Below, piece by piece: positions 26,239 through 36,800 of a stretch of 60,798 nucleotides of DNA. Both the position numbers and the translations under genes were made by a program. This stretch comes from Acaryochloridaceae cyanobacterium VAR_48_metabat_390 (lineage in GTDB: Bacteria > Cyanobacteriota > Cyanobacteriia > Thermosynechococcales > Thermosynechococcaceae). Position 1 is the first letter of the stretch; each line of letters starts with the position of its first letter. The stretch is taken from contig JANPLU010000056.1 in NCBI GenBank assembly GCA_031422435.1, positions 1 to 60,798 on the forward strand, in the 5' to 3' direction. The notes under the pieces are model-generated. The model worked only from the letters and a program-made list of their open reading frames with translations. It was not told the DNA's origin and ran no database searches.

Positions 26239-26295
26239 TGCTGTGATCGCAACACCCGCCTCACGATAGATGTAGATCCGTTGAGCTTACTGTAG
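26239..26295 (+). pseudogene. priA: Orphan priA 3'-end remnant 2
   Basis: CCDRNTRLTIDVDPLSLL* vs priA CCDKNVRLTVDVDPLNFL*; 13/18 identical with the stop aligned. Confidence 0.85.
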
Positions 26296-26531
26296 AAAAA
26301 CAGTCAGGTGGCTAGATTACATCTCTAACGCCAACACATGCATCAGCTATGAGTTTCTTTGATCTTCTAGCGTGAAATAACAACCAAAAGCACAGGCTAC
26401 AACCCAAAAGGTAACGAGCTGAGTAACAATGGTTTCCCACATAGGTAGAACTGCGCTTGTAAACTTCTCTTTACATACCTTAAATCATTCTTAAGCCTTT
26501 GGCAATAGATTAAGATTTTCCTGAGTTTGGC

Positions 26532-28232
26532 TTAGCTGCTGCCGCTGCCCAAGATCAACAGGCCAATAAACGATCCGCTATTCCAGAGACTGTGCAGCAG
26601 CATGGAGGCCAATAGATTGCGCGATCGCCAGTACACCACGCCCAACACCATGCCCAAAAGCGACAGCGGCAGTACATCCCCTAGGTTGAGGTGGGCTAAG
26701 GCAAAAATGAACCCACTCAGGGCGATCGCCTGCCAAGCGGGCATATAGCGCGTCAGGGACGTTAAGAAAAACCCGCGAAATAGGGTTTCTTCAAACAGCG
26801 GGGCGCATACCGCCACCAAAAACCACAGCAGCGCAATGGTGAAATTATCGTGCCCCTGCAAAATAATTTCTAAAATGGGGTTGCCGCCGCCTTGATCTTT
26901 GAGCAGCTTTTGATTAAGCAAAGAAATAATCAGCACGAGGGGCAGTGCTACAAAATAGCCTCCTAGCCCCCAGCCGATCCAGTTGCCCTTTAAGTTCAGT
27001 CGTAGCCACCGCAGCACATTAGGGATGTAGGGCTGTAGCGAAATCTGCAAGATGCCTAGCCCCACCACCATCAGGCACCCGTAGCTGAACAGCGCAAAAT
27101 ATGCCTGAAGCCGACCGTCAAAGGTCGAAGGCTTAATGCCGAGCAGCGAAACGACTAAGGGCACAAAGACGTAGCTCACCCCAAAGAACGCGGTAAACCA
27201 CAGCACCATGACCTGCCAAATCGTCTCTGTCGGCCACAAGACAGCCCCTGGCATGGCTCGTTCTGAAGCAGTAGTGCCGCTGCCGCTGTCAGGGTTGGAT
27301 GCTGGGTACGGAGTTGCGATCGCCGCATCAGCTAACTCTTTTCCCATCAACGATGGATTTTCGCCCATCCCTCCTTGAGTCTCTAAACCTTTCCCTGGCT
27401 GCTGCTTCAGAAAAGTGCGAATCCCCCACGTTAGTAGAATGGCAATCCCAACAAAGCTGCCCAACATTGGCATCGCTCCCACTGCCAGCAGTCTTAAAAA
27501 TGCACCTTGGGCGGTTGCCTGTTCGGTTGCCACTAACGCCAAAGCCGCATCCGGTCGTTGCTGAAGGCTGTACAGCTTAAAGAGTGCCTGAAACCGAAAC
27601 CAGCCCTTGAGATTTTTGCTCAAAATTGCGTCAGCATCGGGCAGCAAACGCGGCGGATCGCTCCAAATCCCCTGTAAAACCTGAGCGGTAAGCACTATTT
27701 GCTGCGTGCTAGTTTGTGTTTTTGGCGTATTGACTAGGTCTGTCCAGATCTGGATCGCTTTGTCTGTCTCTCCAGATCGTGCGTAGAGTAACCCTAACCG
27801 TAAATTGAGTTCGTCAATCAGACGGCCTCGGACATTTTGGGGCGATTTTACGAGAGGGGCAGGTGCAGGCTCCACGTCTAGCCTGTCTGCTTGTGGCTTC
27901 TGGGTAGCAGCACTTGATGTGTTTTGTTTTGAAGCCTTAACGCCCTGCTTGAGGCTATCTAAATCTTTTTGAGCCGAATCTCTCACCGTCTCATAGTTTT
28001 TTGCGGCATCTTTAATAGGGTTTTCGCCCAGAAAAGATTTTTGCAAAGAAGCCTTTCCCTGCGCCGATTGATTCAGTGCTTCCCACTCTGAGGCATTAAG
28101 AACCAAATCAGACTGATACAGATTGAGCTGACTTTGAACCTGTGGCTCCGTCCAACTGCTAATCAGCGCCGTACTCATCAGCACACTAACCAGGATCGTG
28201 AGCGCGACTAAAATAGGTCGATAAACTTTCAT
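26532..28232 (-). CDS. CPBP (Abi/CAAX) family intramembrane metalloprotease
   Basis: APLFEETLFRG, FALAH and HSLWN motifs; multiple TM helices. Confidence 0.9.
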   Translation of the reverse strand: MKVYRPILVALTILVSVLMSTALISSWTEPQVQSQLNLYQSDLVLNASEWEALNQSAQGKASLQKSFLGENPIKDAAKNYETVRDSAQKDLDSLKQGVKASKQNTSSAATQKPQADRLDVEPAPAPLVKSPQNVRGRLIDELNLRLGLLYARSGETDKAIQIWTDLVNTPKTQTSTQQIVLTAQVLQGIWSDPPRLLPDADAILSKNLKGWFRFQALFKLYSLQQRPDAALALVATEQATAQGAFLRLLAVGAMPMLGSFVGIAILLTWGIRTFLKQQPGKGLETQGGMGENPSLMGKELADAAIATPYPASNPDSGSGTTASERAMPGAVLWPTETIWQVMVLWFTAFFGVSYVFVPLVVSLLGIKPSTFDGRLQAYFALFSYGCLMVVGLGILQISLQPYIPNVLRWLRLNLKGNWIGWGLGGYFVALPLVLIISLLNQKLLKDQGGGNPILEIILQGHDNFTIALLWFLVAVCAPLFEETLFRGFFLTSLTRYMPAWQAIALSGFIFALAHLNLGDVLPLSLLGMVLGVVYWRSRNLLASMLLHSLWNSGSFIGLLILGSGSS

Positions 28233-28367
28233 GCCCTTGCAAGGATCCTTTTAGCTGAACGTGGGTTGAGCGGGTTTTTCCATCTATATCATCTCCCTGA
28301 CCGCACAATTGCGGTAAAACAGGCTAGACGGGGTAGAATGCTTCTGGCTTTCGCGGAGGATAGAACC

Positions 28368-29726
28368 CTGGCTACTCGTGTTATCTTAGTGCGTCATGGT
28401 GAGAGCAGTTTTAATGTCGAAGGCCGAGTACAGGGGCATCTCAACGTTTCAACCCTGACGGAAAAAGGCGTTACAGACGCTCAGCTTGTGGGTAAGGCAC
28501 TCCAAGGCATTCCTTTTGATGCGTTCTATCACAGCCCGCTGACCCGCGCCCAAGAGACGGCTCAACATATTTTAGCGACCTTCACGCAAAGCGGTAGCCC
28601 ACCCCCTGCACCCGTGGTCAATCCTCTACTGATTGAAATCAGCCTGCCGCTGTGGGAAGGGGTGTTGTTTGAAGAAATTGCGGCCAACGATCCAGTCGCC
28701 TACCAGCAGTGGCAAGTCGCCCCGCATCTGCTCAAAATGGATGTGCCCAATCAAGATGGGCAAACGCAGCCGTTCTACCCGATTCCAGCGCTTTTTGAGC
28801 AGGCAAAACAGCTTTGGCAAGAGCTGCTGCCCAATCACGTAGACCAGACCCTTTTGCTGGTGGGTCACAGCGGTATCAATCGCACCTTAATCTGTACTGC
28901 CCTTGGCCTTCCGCCTGCTCAGTACCAGTCGATTCAGCAGGCAAACTGCAACATCAGTATCCTGAATTTTCCTGATGGCACCTTGGGCAGCACTCAACTT
29001 GAGTCACTGAACATTACGAGTCATTTGGGGCTGCCCATACCTAAGGTTCGCAAGCAGCAAAATGCGCTGCGACTATTGCTGGTACGTCACGGCGAAACAA
29101 ACTGGAACCGTGAAGGGCGATTTCAAGGACAGATTGATGTACCCCTGAATGCCAATGGACATCAGCAAGCACAGCAGGCCGCTGAATTTTTGAAGTCAGA
29201 ACCCATCGACTTTGCGGTATCTAGCCCCATGCTGCGCCCCAAAGAAACGGCTGATGCCATCTTGGGACACCATCCTCAAGTGATGATGACCTTTCAGAGC
29301 GACTTCTGTGAAATTAGCCACGGCACTTGGGAGGGCAAGCTAGAGTCTGAAATTGCCGAAGAATACGCCCAAGAACTAGAGCAGTGGCGCACTCAGCCAG
29401 AAATGGTGCAGATGCCGGAGGGCGAAAATTTGCAGCAGGTGTGGGATCGGGCGATCGCCGCTTGGCAAACCCTCGTCGAAACCGCTCGCTCTAACAATCC
29501 CGGCACTACGCAAGTAGGCTTAGTTGTAGCCCACGACGCGATCAATAAGGTGATTCTGAGCCACGTGGTAGGTGCCGGAGCCGAAAAGTTTTGGTGCTTT
29601 AAGCAGGGCAACGGCGCAGTTAGCGTGATTGATTACCCTGCCGAAGGCCCACCTATTTTACAGGCGATGAACATTACCACCCATCTGGGTGGCGTACTTG
29701 ATCGCACCGCAGCGGGCGCACTGTAG
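28368..29726 (+). CDS. Two-domain histidine phosphatase (phosphoglycerate-mutase family); start uncertain, possibly CTG 28368
   Basis: Two RHG motifs (LVRHGES, LVRHGET); GGAGG 8 nt before CTG. Confidence 0.88.
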   Translation: MATRVILVRHGESSFNVEGRVQGHLNVSTLTEKGVTDAQLVGKALQGIPFDAFYHSPLTRAQETAQHILATFTQSGSPPPAPVVNPLLIEISLPLWEGVLFEEIAANDPVAYQQWQVAPHLLKMDVPNQDGQTQPFYPIPALFEQAKQLWQELLPNHVDQTLLLVGHSGINRTLICTALGLPPAQYQSIQQANCNISILNFPDGTLGSTQLESLNITSHLGLPIPKVRKQQNALRLLLVRHGETNWNREGRFQGQIDVPLNANGHQQAQQAAEFLKSEPIDFAVSSPMLRPKETADAILGHHPQVMMTFQSDFCEISHGTWEGKLESEIAEEYAQELEQWRTQPEMVQMPEGENLQQVWDRAIAAWQTLVETARSNNPGTTQVGLVVAHDAINKVILSHVVGAGAEKFWCFKQGNGAVSVIDYPAEGPPILQAMNITTHLGGVLDRTAAGAL

Positions 29727-29754
29727 CCGTGAGCAGAAGGCGACAGGTGACGCT

Positions 29755-31026
29755 ATGACTGAGGAACTGCTGCAACAGGTTCGATTACTCGATCCGCTAA
29801 CCCAAACGGATCGGGTAGTTGATGTGCTGATTGGAGAGGACGGGGTGATTCAGATGGTCGCCCCCCAGATCCATGAATGGCCTGAGCAAACCCAAGTCCG
29901 CGACTGTACCGGACACATTCTTGGGCCAGGGCTAGTAGATCTCTACAGCACTGTCGGCGAACCAGGCTATGAAGCCCGTGAAACCCTTCACTCGATGGCA
30001 GAGGCTGCTGTAGCAGGTGGGTTTACGCGGGTGGCGCTACTGCCTTCCACGCATCCGGTGATAGATCGTCCTGAACAGGTGGACTGGATGCTGGCGCACT
30101 GTCCCTCTCATCTGCCTGTTACGTTTCATCTGTGGGGCGCACTCACCCAAAACTTAGAGGGCACAAAGCTAGTAGAACTTGCGGAGCTTGCGGCGGCTGG
30201 AATCTGTGGCTTCAGCGATGGACAGCCCCTCAATTCTGCAATGCTGATACGACGGGTACTGGAATACACAAACCCGCTCCAAATACCGATTGCGTTGTGG
30301 CCGTGCGATCGCAGTCTTGCCACCACAGGAGTCATTCGTGAAGGCGTCCAAGCACTTCAGACCGGACTCCTTGAAAACCCTGTTATCTCAGAAACCTCAG
30401 CACTGGCGGCACTACTCGAAATGGTAGAAGCGCTGCAAACGCCTGCCCACATCATGCGTGTCTCTACCGCGCGAAGCGTTGCGTTGATTGAGGCAGCAAA
30501 AGATCGCGGCGTCCCCATTACCGCCAGCGTAACCTGGATGCATTTGCTTTGGGACAGCGAAGATCTGCGTTCCTATGATGTGAATTTGCGCCTTGACCCA
30601 CCCCTTGGCAACCCAGAAGATAAAGCAGCGCTGATACGTGGCGTTGAGACTGGGGTTTTGGATGCGATCGCCGTTGACCACATGCCCCACACCTATGAAG
30701 AAAAAACCGTCCCCTTTGCAGAGGCACCGCCTGGGGCAATCGGGTTAGAGTTGGCGCTGCCATTGCTGTGGCAGACTTTTGTTGAGTCTGGACGCTGGAG
30801 TGCTTTAGAGTTGTGGCAAAAACTCAGCACGGCACCGCTTCAGATTTTAGAGACTGCATCGACACCTTTGGCTGAAGGGCAAAAAGCAGAATTGACGCTT
30901 TTTAACCCATCTCAAGATTGGGAGGCGTTGCCTAGTGTGTTGAGGTCGCGCTCTTTTAATACGCCCTGTCAAAATGCTGCATTAACGGGCAGAGTAATCA
31001 AAACTTGGCAGCCTTTCAAGTCTTAA
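29755..31026 (+). CDS. Dihydroorotase-like protein, probably catalytically inactive (PyrC' type)
   Basis: Amidohydrolase motifs (AAVAGGFT, PPLG, DHMPH), but PGLVDLYST replaces the HxH metal ligands. Confidence 0.85.
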   Translation: MTEELLQQVRLLDPLTQTDRVVDVLIGEDGVIQMVAPQIHEWPEQTQVRDCTGHILGPGLVDLYSTVGEPGYEARETLHSMAEAAVAGGFTRVALLPSTHPVIDRPEQVDWMLAHCPSHLPVTFHLWGALTQNLEGTKLVELAELAAAGICGFSDGQPLNSAMLIRRVLEYTNPLQIPIALWPCDRSLATTGVIREGVQALQTGLLENPVISETSALAALLEMVEALQTPAHIMRVSTARSVALIEAAKDRGVPITASVTWMHLLWDSEDLRSYDVNLRLDPPLGNPEDKAALIRGVETGVLDAIAVDHMPHTYEEKTVPFAEAPPGAIGLELALPLLWQTFVESGRWSALELWQKLSTAPLQILETASTPLAEGQKAELTLFNPSQDWEALPSVLRSRSFNTPCQNAALTGRVIKTWQPFKS

Positions 31027-31102
31027 AGGCAATCGCCTGCGTCTACTCGATAACAGCGATCACCCCAGAAACAAACGCATGTCAAGCGTCGATAGAACAT
31101 CA

Positions 31103-31510
31103 CTAAAGCGAATAAATCGAAATCACCTGAATACTTCGAGTTCGATGAATAGACTTATCCAGCTTTTCAGTCGTGATCAACTCTGTTGCACCCGCTAAAA
31201 CTGCCGCTGCAACATGAAGTAAATCCATTGCCCCCAACCCTGACTGACGAGCCTCGTGATCACCTTTTAGTAGCACTTGCCCCAGATCCGTAACATAGTG
31301 ACCCACCGCACTAAAGTAAGCTTCATAAAACTGCGTTTCACTCTTACGCTGGTTATAAATTGCCTTTGGCAAAACCTCCAGCTTCAAAAACGGGCTAGAA
31401 ACAAACTCTCGATTCGGATCATCTAGAACCTCCACAGCTCGAAGGGATGTTGCCCCTTGACCACGAGCCGCAGCAATCAGCACTCCCGAATCAATAAACG
31501 TCTTAATCAC
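31103..31510 (-). CDS. PIN-domain toxin
   Basis: FIDSGVLI, LEVLPK, MDLLHVAAA, ITTEK. Confidence 0.85.
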   Translation of the reverse strand: MIKTFIDSGVLIAAARGQGATSLRAVEVLDDPNREFVSSPFLKLEVLPKAIYNQRKSETQFYEAYFSAVGHYVTDLGQVLLKGDHEARQSGLGAMDLLHVAAAVLAGATELITTEKLDKSIHRTRSIQVISIYSL

Positions 31511-31773
31511 TCTGTATCTCCCTGATATCCTCCTCTTCTTTCAGCCTTTTCACGCTCAATACCCTCCCAGTCTAGAAGCGGTTCGCCAGAGGCTACAATT
31601 TCAGCCCGAATCTCCTTCAAGCGCTGTCCTAGAAATGTTTTGGGTTGATAAGAAGCTATAAGATCTTGCGGTTTTTCTTCATCCCAAAATGTCTCAACAA
31701 GATCTAACACCTGTTGCTGTCTTACTTGTGGAAGCGAGCGCCATTTTTCCAGTAGTAACTGTTCAGTCGTCAT
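31507..31773 (-). CDS. Putative antitoxin of the PIN toxin
   Basis: Overlaps the toxin start; WRSLP...QQVLD...IEREKAERRGG. Confidence 0.7.
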   Translation of the reverse strand: MTTEQLLLEKWRSLPQVRQQQVLDLVETFWDEEKPQDLIASYQPKTFLGQRLKEIRAEIVASGEPLLDWEGIEREKAERRGGYQGDTE

Positions 31774-31904
31774 AAACACTCCGTTTCAAAACCGACCCTT
31801 AGATCAAGTCTACTCCAGCAATCTGAGCCAAAGCCACAAGGCGATCGCCCTCTCCCAGCAGGCACTAGTTCCTCCATTAATACCCGTCCTATAACTCTTA
31901 TAAT

Positions 31905-32120
31905 TTACGCACTGAAATATTTTGCCACCGGATGATACACAGTCAGCGCTGTCGTCGATTGCTCAGGATAAAACGGCTCACTTTTATCTCTACATCATGC
32001 CAATCCGCTCTATGTCCATAAGTTTTAGCTGCTTAAACTGCTCCGCCACGTTGGGGCAAGCCGGATAGCCAAAGTTATAGCGTGAACTTTGCATGTACGG
32101 GCGTGGGACGGCTCTGTCAC
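31905..32120 (-). pseudogene. metH: Orphan second copy of the metH 3' end
   Basis: 31905-32087 aligns with 33827-34008 (1-nt insertion). After an internal deletion, 32096-32120 aligns with 34081-34105. Confidence 0.92.
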
Positions 32121-32169
32121 GACCAAGAATGCATTAGAGTCAAAGACAAATTTAGAGTAACAATTAAGT

Positions 32170-32529
32170 TTAGAACGTTACCCAGTCGAGGCGATCGCAC
32201 CATTCTTCTGCTTCAGTCGCGTCCCAAACTAACAGTAGATCTTGAGCGAGTTTACCAATCGGTGTGTTTGGGCGAACCCACAACAAGCCCCAGATATGAC
32301 CACCTGCATTCCAATAATCGGTCAGATGTCCAGGCATGCTAGAACGATCCTCGGTTACTAATAGCCGTTGTGAGGCTTCGAGATAAACCAATATTTCTGG
32401 ATCGAGGGTTCCCGTGGGTGGTGCGCTGGGTTCTCCAACACGCGTCACATCAATTTGAGGGTTAAGCCGCAAAAGTGCTGTTTTAAGCCGAGGCGGAAGA
32501 TTTTCATCCAGCAAAAATTTGACCTTCAA
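32170..32529 (-). CDS. DUF5615 PIN-like protein
   Basis: KFLLDENL, DPEIL, LLVTED. Confidence 0.85.
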   Translation of the reverse strand: MKVKFLLDENLPPRLKTALLRLNPQIDVTRVGEPSAPPTGTLDPEILVYLEASQRLLVTEDRSSMPGHLTDYWNAGGHIWGLLWVRPNTPIGKLAQDLLLVWDATEAEEWCDRLDWVTF

Positions 32530-32849
32530 GAAGCTTGCCTCGCTTTGGCTGCTTTAATGGCTTGAAGCCTTTGTACGACGGGTGAGGGATTATTGCACCA
32601 TTCTTGATAGTGCTGCTCTCGCCAATCGTCTAATGCAGCTAAATAGGTATCAGTTTGATGCCGATTATGGAGGTAATAGGTAATAGTGGCGTGAATTTCT
32701 TCTAGGCTTAAGGTTGGCAGGTTTGCCGCAATTTCTTCGGGGGTATAGCCTTCGAGATAATACGACAATACGGTATCAATGCCGACTCGATGACCTTTGA
32801 GGCGAATATCGGTTGGCGAGAGAAAATCAAAGTAGTCTTCTAGCTGCAT
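32526..32849 (-). CDS. DUF433-domain antitoxin-like protein
   Basis: IRLKGHRVGI...GYTPEEI...LSLEEIHATITYY; overlaps the DUF5615 gene. Confidence 0.88.
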   Translation of the reverse strand: MQLEDYFDFLSPTDIRLKGHRVGIDTVLSYYLEGYTPEEIAANLPTLSLEEIHATITYYLHNRHQTDTYLAALDDWREQHYQEWCNNPSPVVQRLQAIKAAKARQAS

Positions 32850-32877
32850 GGCGATCTCTGTTTACTGAACTCAAAAT

Positions 32878-33753
32878 TTAATCCTCTTTGCCAGGAGGAA
32901 GACTCAAAGGAGAGTTTCCAGTTAGGAGTTCTGTTCTCCTAGTTTGTGAGATTTTTTCGCAGATATTTTTAAGGGTGGAGTGTTCGTCAACTTGGGATTC
33001 AATTTTTTGACGAAACTCAACTAGCTCATTAAATTTAGGTAAATAATACCCATCTATATCAGGAATAACTCCGATGATGTCCCAAACACTGGGCTTAAGG
33101 ATCAACAAAAAACCAATTACAGTTATTTTGACTTTCTGAATAGTTGGATTTATCCTGTCCTTGGAAGTGAATTTGTGATTCTCAACTTCCAAATCAATTA
33201 GTAAAGATTGAGCTGCTTTCTCTAATCCTTCAGTGCCATTGATTAAATAGTTGCGAATAGCACTTAATATATCTTCTATGTGGCACTTAATATCCGATTT
33301 CAGTTCTCTAGTCACATCAGACCCAACTATCTCAGACAAAAGTGACGAAAATTCTTTGTCTAAATCAAGTAAGAACTCTTCTTCTAGAAAGGGCTTTGGA
33401 CTTTTAGAATGATATCTATTTGCTAAATTATCAAGTAAAGAAAGAATATTTTTGTCTTCGATATAACTCAAAAAATGCTCCCACTGCTTCCCCCAAGCAT
33501 TTTCTAGTATGAATTGTTCTTGAAATCTATTTATTGCAAAAATATGTCTTTCATTTTGAGAAGAGTTTTCAAGTTTTTTTATCTCTTCTTCCGCATTGTA
33601 CAAGAGAGCAAAGAAACTCACGAAATTTTGAGGTTTAGGATCAAGCTGCATTGCTTGCATTAAAGCTATTCCAGATGGAGCTTTCTTATCTCCATTTTTA
33701 ATGGCCTCATCTAGAATGAACTCTAACTGTCTTAAGGCACTAGATTGATTCAT
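32878..33753 (-). CDS. Uncharacterised AT-rich helical protein
   Basis: 291-aa ORF with no recognisable motif and no HIP1. Confidence 0.7.
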   Translation of the reverse strand: MNQSSALRQLEFILDEAIKNGDKKAPSGIALMQAMQLDPKPQNFVSFFALLYNAEEEIKKLENSSQNERHIFAINRFQEQFILENAWGKQWEHFLSYIEDKNILSLLDNLANRYHSKSPKPFLEEEFLLDLDKEFSSLLSEIVGSDVTRELKSDIKCHIEDILSAIRNYLINGTEGLEKAAQSLLIDLEVENHKFTSKDRINPTIQKVKITVIGFLLILKPSVWDIIGVIPDIDGYYLPKFNELVEFRQKIESQVDEHSTLKNICEKISQTRRTELLTGNSPLSLPPGKED

Positions 33754-33826
33754 ACGAAATTATCGTTTGCACATAATTGAATGCTCTCAAGTTTTGTTTC
33801 TATTGAACTGAAGTTTAGCCTCATAT

Positions 33827-36800
33827 TTACGCACTAAAGTACTTTGCCACTGGATGATACACAATCAACGCCGTTGTCGATTGCTCAGGGTAAAGCTGCT
33901 CACTCTCATCTATCGTCATCCCGATCCGATCTGTGCCCATTAGCTCTAGCTGCTTAAACTGATCTGCCACATTGGGGCAAGCCGGATAGCCAAAGCTATA
34001 GCGTGAACCCTGATATCGCTGCGCCAACATATCGCGGATATTATCTGGCTCTAGGTCGCCGTAGCCTAACTCCTTACGAATACGGGCGTGGGACTGCTCT
34101 GCCACTGCCTCTGCCACCTGCACCGCCAACCCATGAAAATACAGATAGTCGGTGTAAGCATTTTCGGCATACAGCTTTTGAGCAAACTCCGTAGCGATGT
34201 GGCCTACCGTCACCGCCTGCATAGGGAATACGTCAAATTGATTTTCGGTGATCGGACGAAAGAAATCGGCAATGCAGAGCCGCCGGAGTGATTTCTGGCG
34301 TGGGAAAGTCCAGGTAACAAATGGGGTTGCCGTTTGGGGCGTTAACCCTTGCTCAATTACTGCCGCATCGTAAACATGCACCGTATTTCCTTCTGCTACG
34401 CAGGGGAAGTATCCATAGACAAGCTGAGGATGGAGTAGGTTTTCTGCGACCACTCGCTGTTTCCAAGTTTCTAGAACCGGATACACTTTTTGGGCTAAGA
34501 ATGCATCATATTCTTCGCGGGATTGCTCTTTAGGTTTACGGAACTGCCACTGTCCGGCAATGAGCGCCTGTAAATCCATGTGCCAAAACAGTTCTTCAAA
34601 CGAAAAGTCTTCTGGCTTTAAGATTTTTGTACCCCAGAACGGAGGAGTAGGCCGCGCAATATCCGCATCCACCGCTTCGGAGCGCACCGTATCAATGACC
34701 ACTGGCTCAGTCGGTTCAGCTTTTTCGGGTGCGCCGCCATTTAACTCACGCTCGGCCTGATTGATCGCATTCCGTCCCTTCTGGTTAAACTTGGCAAGCT
34801 CTCCGGTGAAGCCTTCCTCATCCTTCCATTGCGTTTCGGCCTTCGCAGGCATATAGCGATCCATAAAGGTAAGGTCAGCAAAGGCATCTTTGCCGTAGAT
34901 GACTTGGCCTTGATAGGCATTCTGACAGTCTTCATAGACAAACTTGGGTGTGAGTGCCGCCCCGCCCAAAATCACAGGCACAGAAATGCCGCGCTCATTG
35001 AAAACGTTCAGATTTTCTTTCATGAAGGCGGTAGATTTCACCAGTAAACCGCTCATGGCGATGCAGTCGGGCTTATGCTCGTTATAGGCATCCACGATCG
35101 CATCCACGGTTTGCTTGATGCCCAAGTTAATGACCTTGTAGCCATTATTGGTGAGGATGATATCCACTAGGTTTTTGCCGATGTCGTGGACATCGCCCTT
35201 GACCGTGGCAATTAAGAATTTGCCCTTACCCGAAGAAGTGTCTTCACCCTCAACCTTCTCCATAAACGGCTCCAAGAAGGCCACTGCCGACTTCATGGTT
35301 TCAGCCGATTGCAGCACAAACGGGAGCTGCATCTGCCCAGACCCAAACAGCTCACCCACAACTTTCATGCCATCCAGCAAAAAGGTATTGATGATATGGA
35401 GCGGTTTGTAGGTTTCGAGGGCAAGTTTAAGTCCATCGTCTAGACCAATGCGTTCGCCATCAATGATGTGCTGTTTTAGGCGCTCCTCAATGGGCAAATC
35501 TGCCAGCGAGGCACCCGAACGCGCATCTTTGGCACTCACCCCTGCAAACAGTTCTGTCAGCCTAATGAGGGGGTCGTAGATGCAGATGTTGTTTTCGTCA
35601 AAGCGACGGCGATCATAAATGAGATCTGTACAGACCTGCTGATGCTCTGGCTCTATTTTGGCGAGGGGCAAAATCTTGGCGGCCGAAACGATCGCCCCAT
35701 CCATCCCCACCTGCATCGCCTCATTGAGGAACATGGAGTTGAGGGTAATTCGCGTGGCGGGGCTTAACCCAAAGGAAATATTGGAAACCCCCAGCATAAA
35801 GTGACAACCAGGGAGATTTTCGCGAATCATCCGAATGGATTCGATGGTGGCTTTACCGTTTTCGCGGTCTTCTTCAATGCCTGTAGAAATGGGCAGCGCT
35901 AGGGTATCAAAAAAAATCTCGTGGGCTGGGATGCCAAATTCAACCGCAGTGCGGTAGGCGCGTTGGGCAATCTGGAACTTTCGCTCAGCCGTGCGCGCCA
36001 TGCCTTCTTCGTCGATGGTGCCGATGACCACGCCTGCGCCATATTCTTTAGCGAGTTCTAGCACTTTCAGAAAACGCTCTTCGCCGTCTTCGTAGTTAGT
36101 AGAGTTGAGGATGCATTTACCGCCTGCAACCTTCAGCCCCGCCTCCATTTTTTGCCACTCTGTGGAGTCAAGCATGAGGGGCAGCGTAACGTTTGTAACT
36201 AAGCGCGAGACAAGCTCATGCATATCACGTTCGCCATCGCGCCCTACGTAGTCTACGTTTACGTCTAGGACGTGGGCACCTTCTTTCGTCTGGGATTTGG
36301 CGATCGCCATCAGTCCATCCCAGTCATCTTCGTTCAGCAGTTCCCGCACTTTCTTAGAACCGCTGGCGTTCAGGCGTTCGCCCACAATCAAAAACGAGTT
36401 GTCTTGCTCATAGGGTTGTGCGGTGTAGATGGAGGCTGATGCGGGTGTGTAGCCAAAGAGATCGCGTCCGCTGTGGCCTGGTTGGAGCGATCGCCGCACG
36501 TCCCGTTCTTTGGGTTTTAGGAGGGTGCCAATTTCGGCTAGTGCCTGGATATGTTCGGGGCGGGTGCCGCAGCAGCCGCCAATCACCTGTACGCCCCAGT
36601 CTTCAATAAAGCGATGGAGCGCCATACGAAGCTCCATCGGGGTCATTTTGTAGTGGGCATGACCTCCTATGTTTTCCGGTAAACCCGCGTTGGGTACGCA
36701 GGACACCACAAAGGGCGCATTTTCCGTTAAATATTTAATGTGATCCGCCATCCGGTCTGGGCCTGTGGCGCAGTTGAGACCCAAAATATCAATAGGGAAT

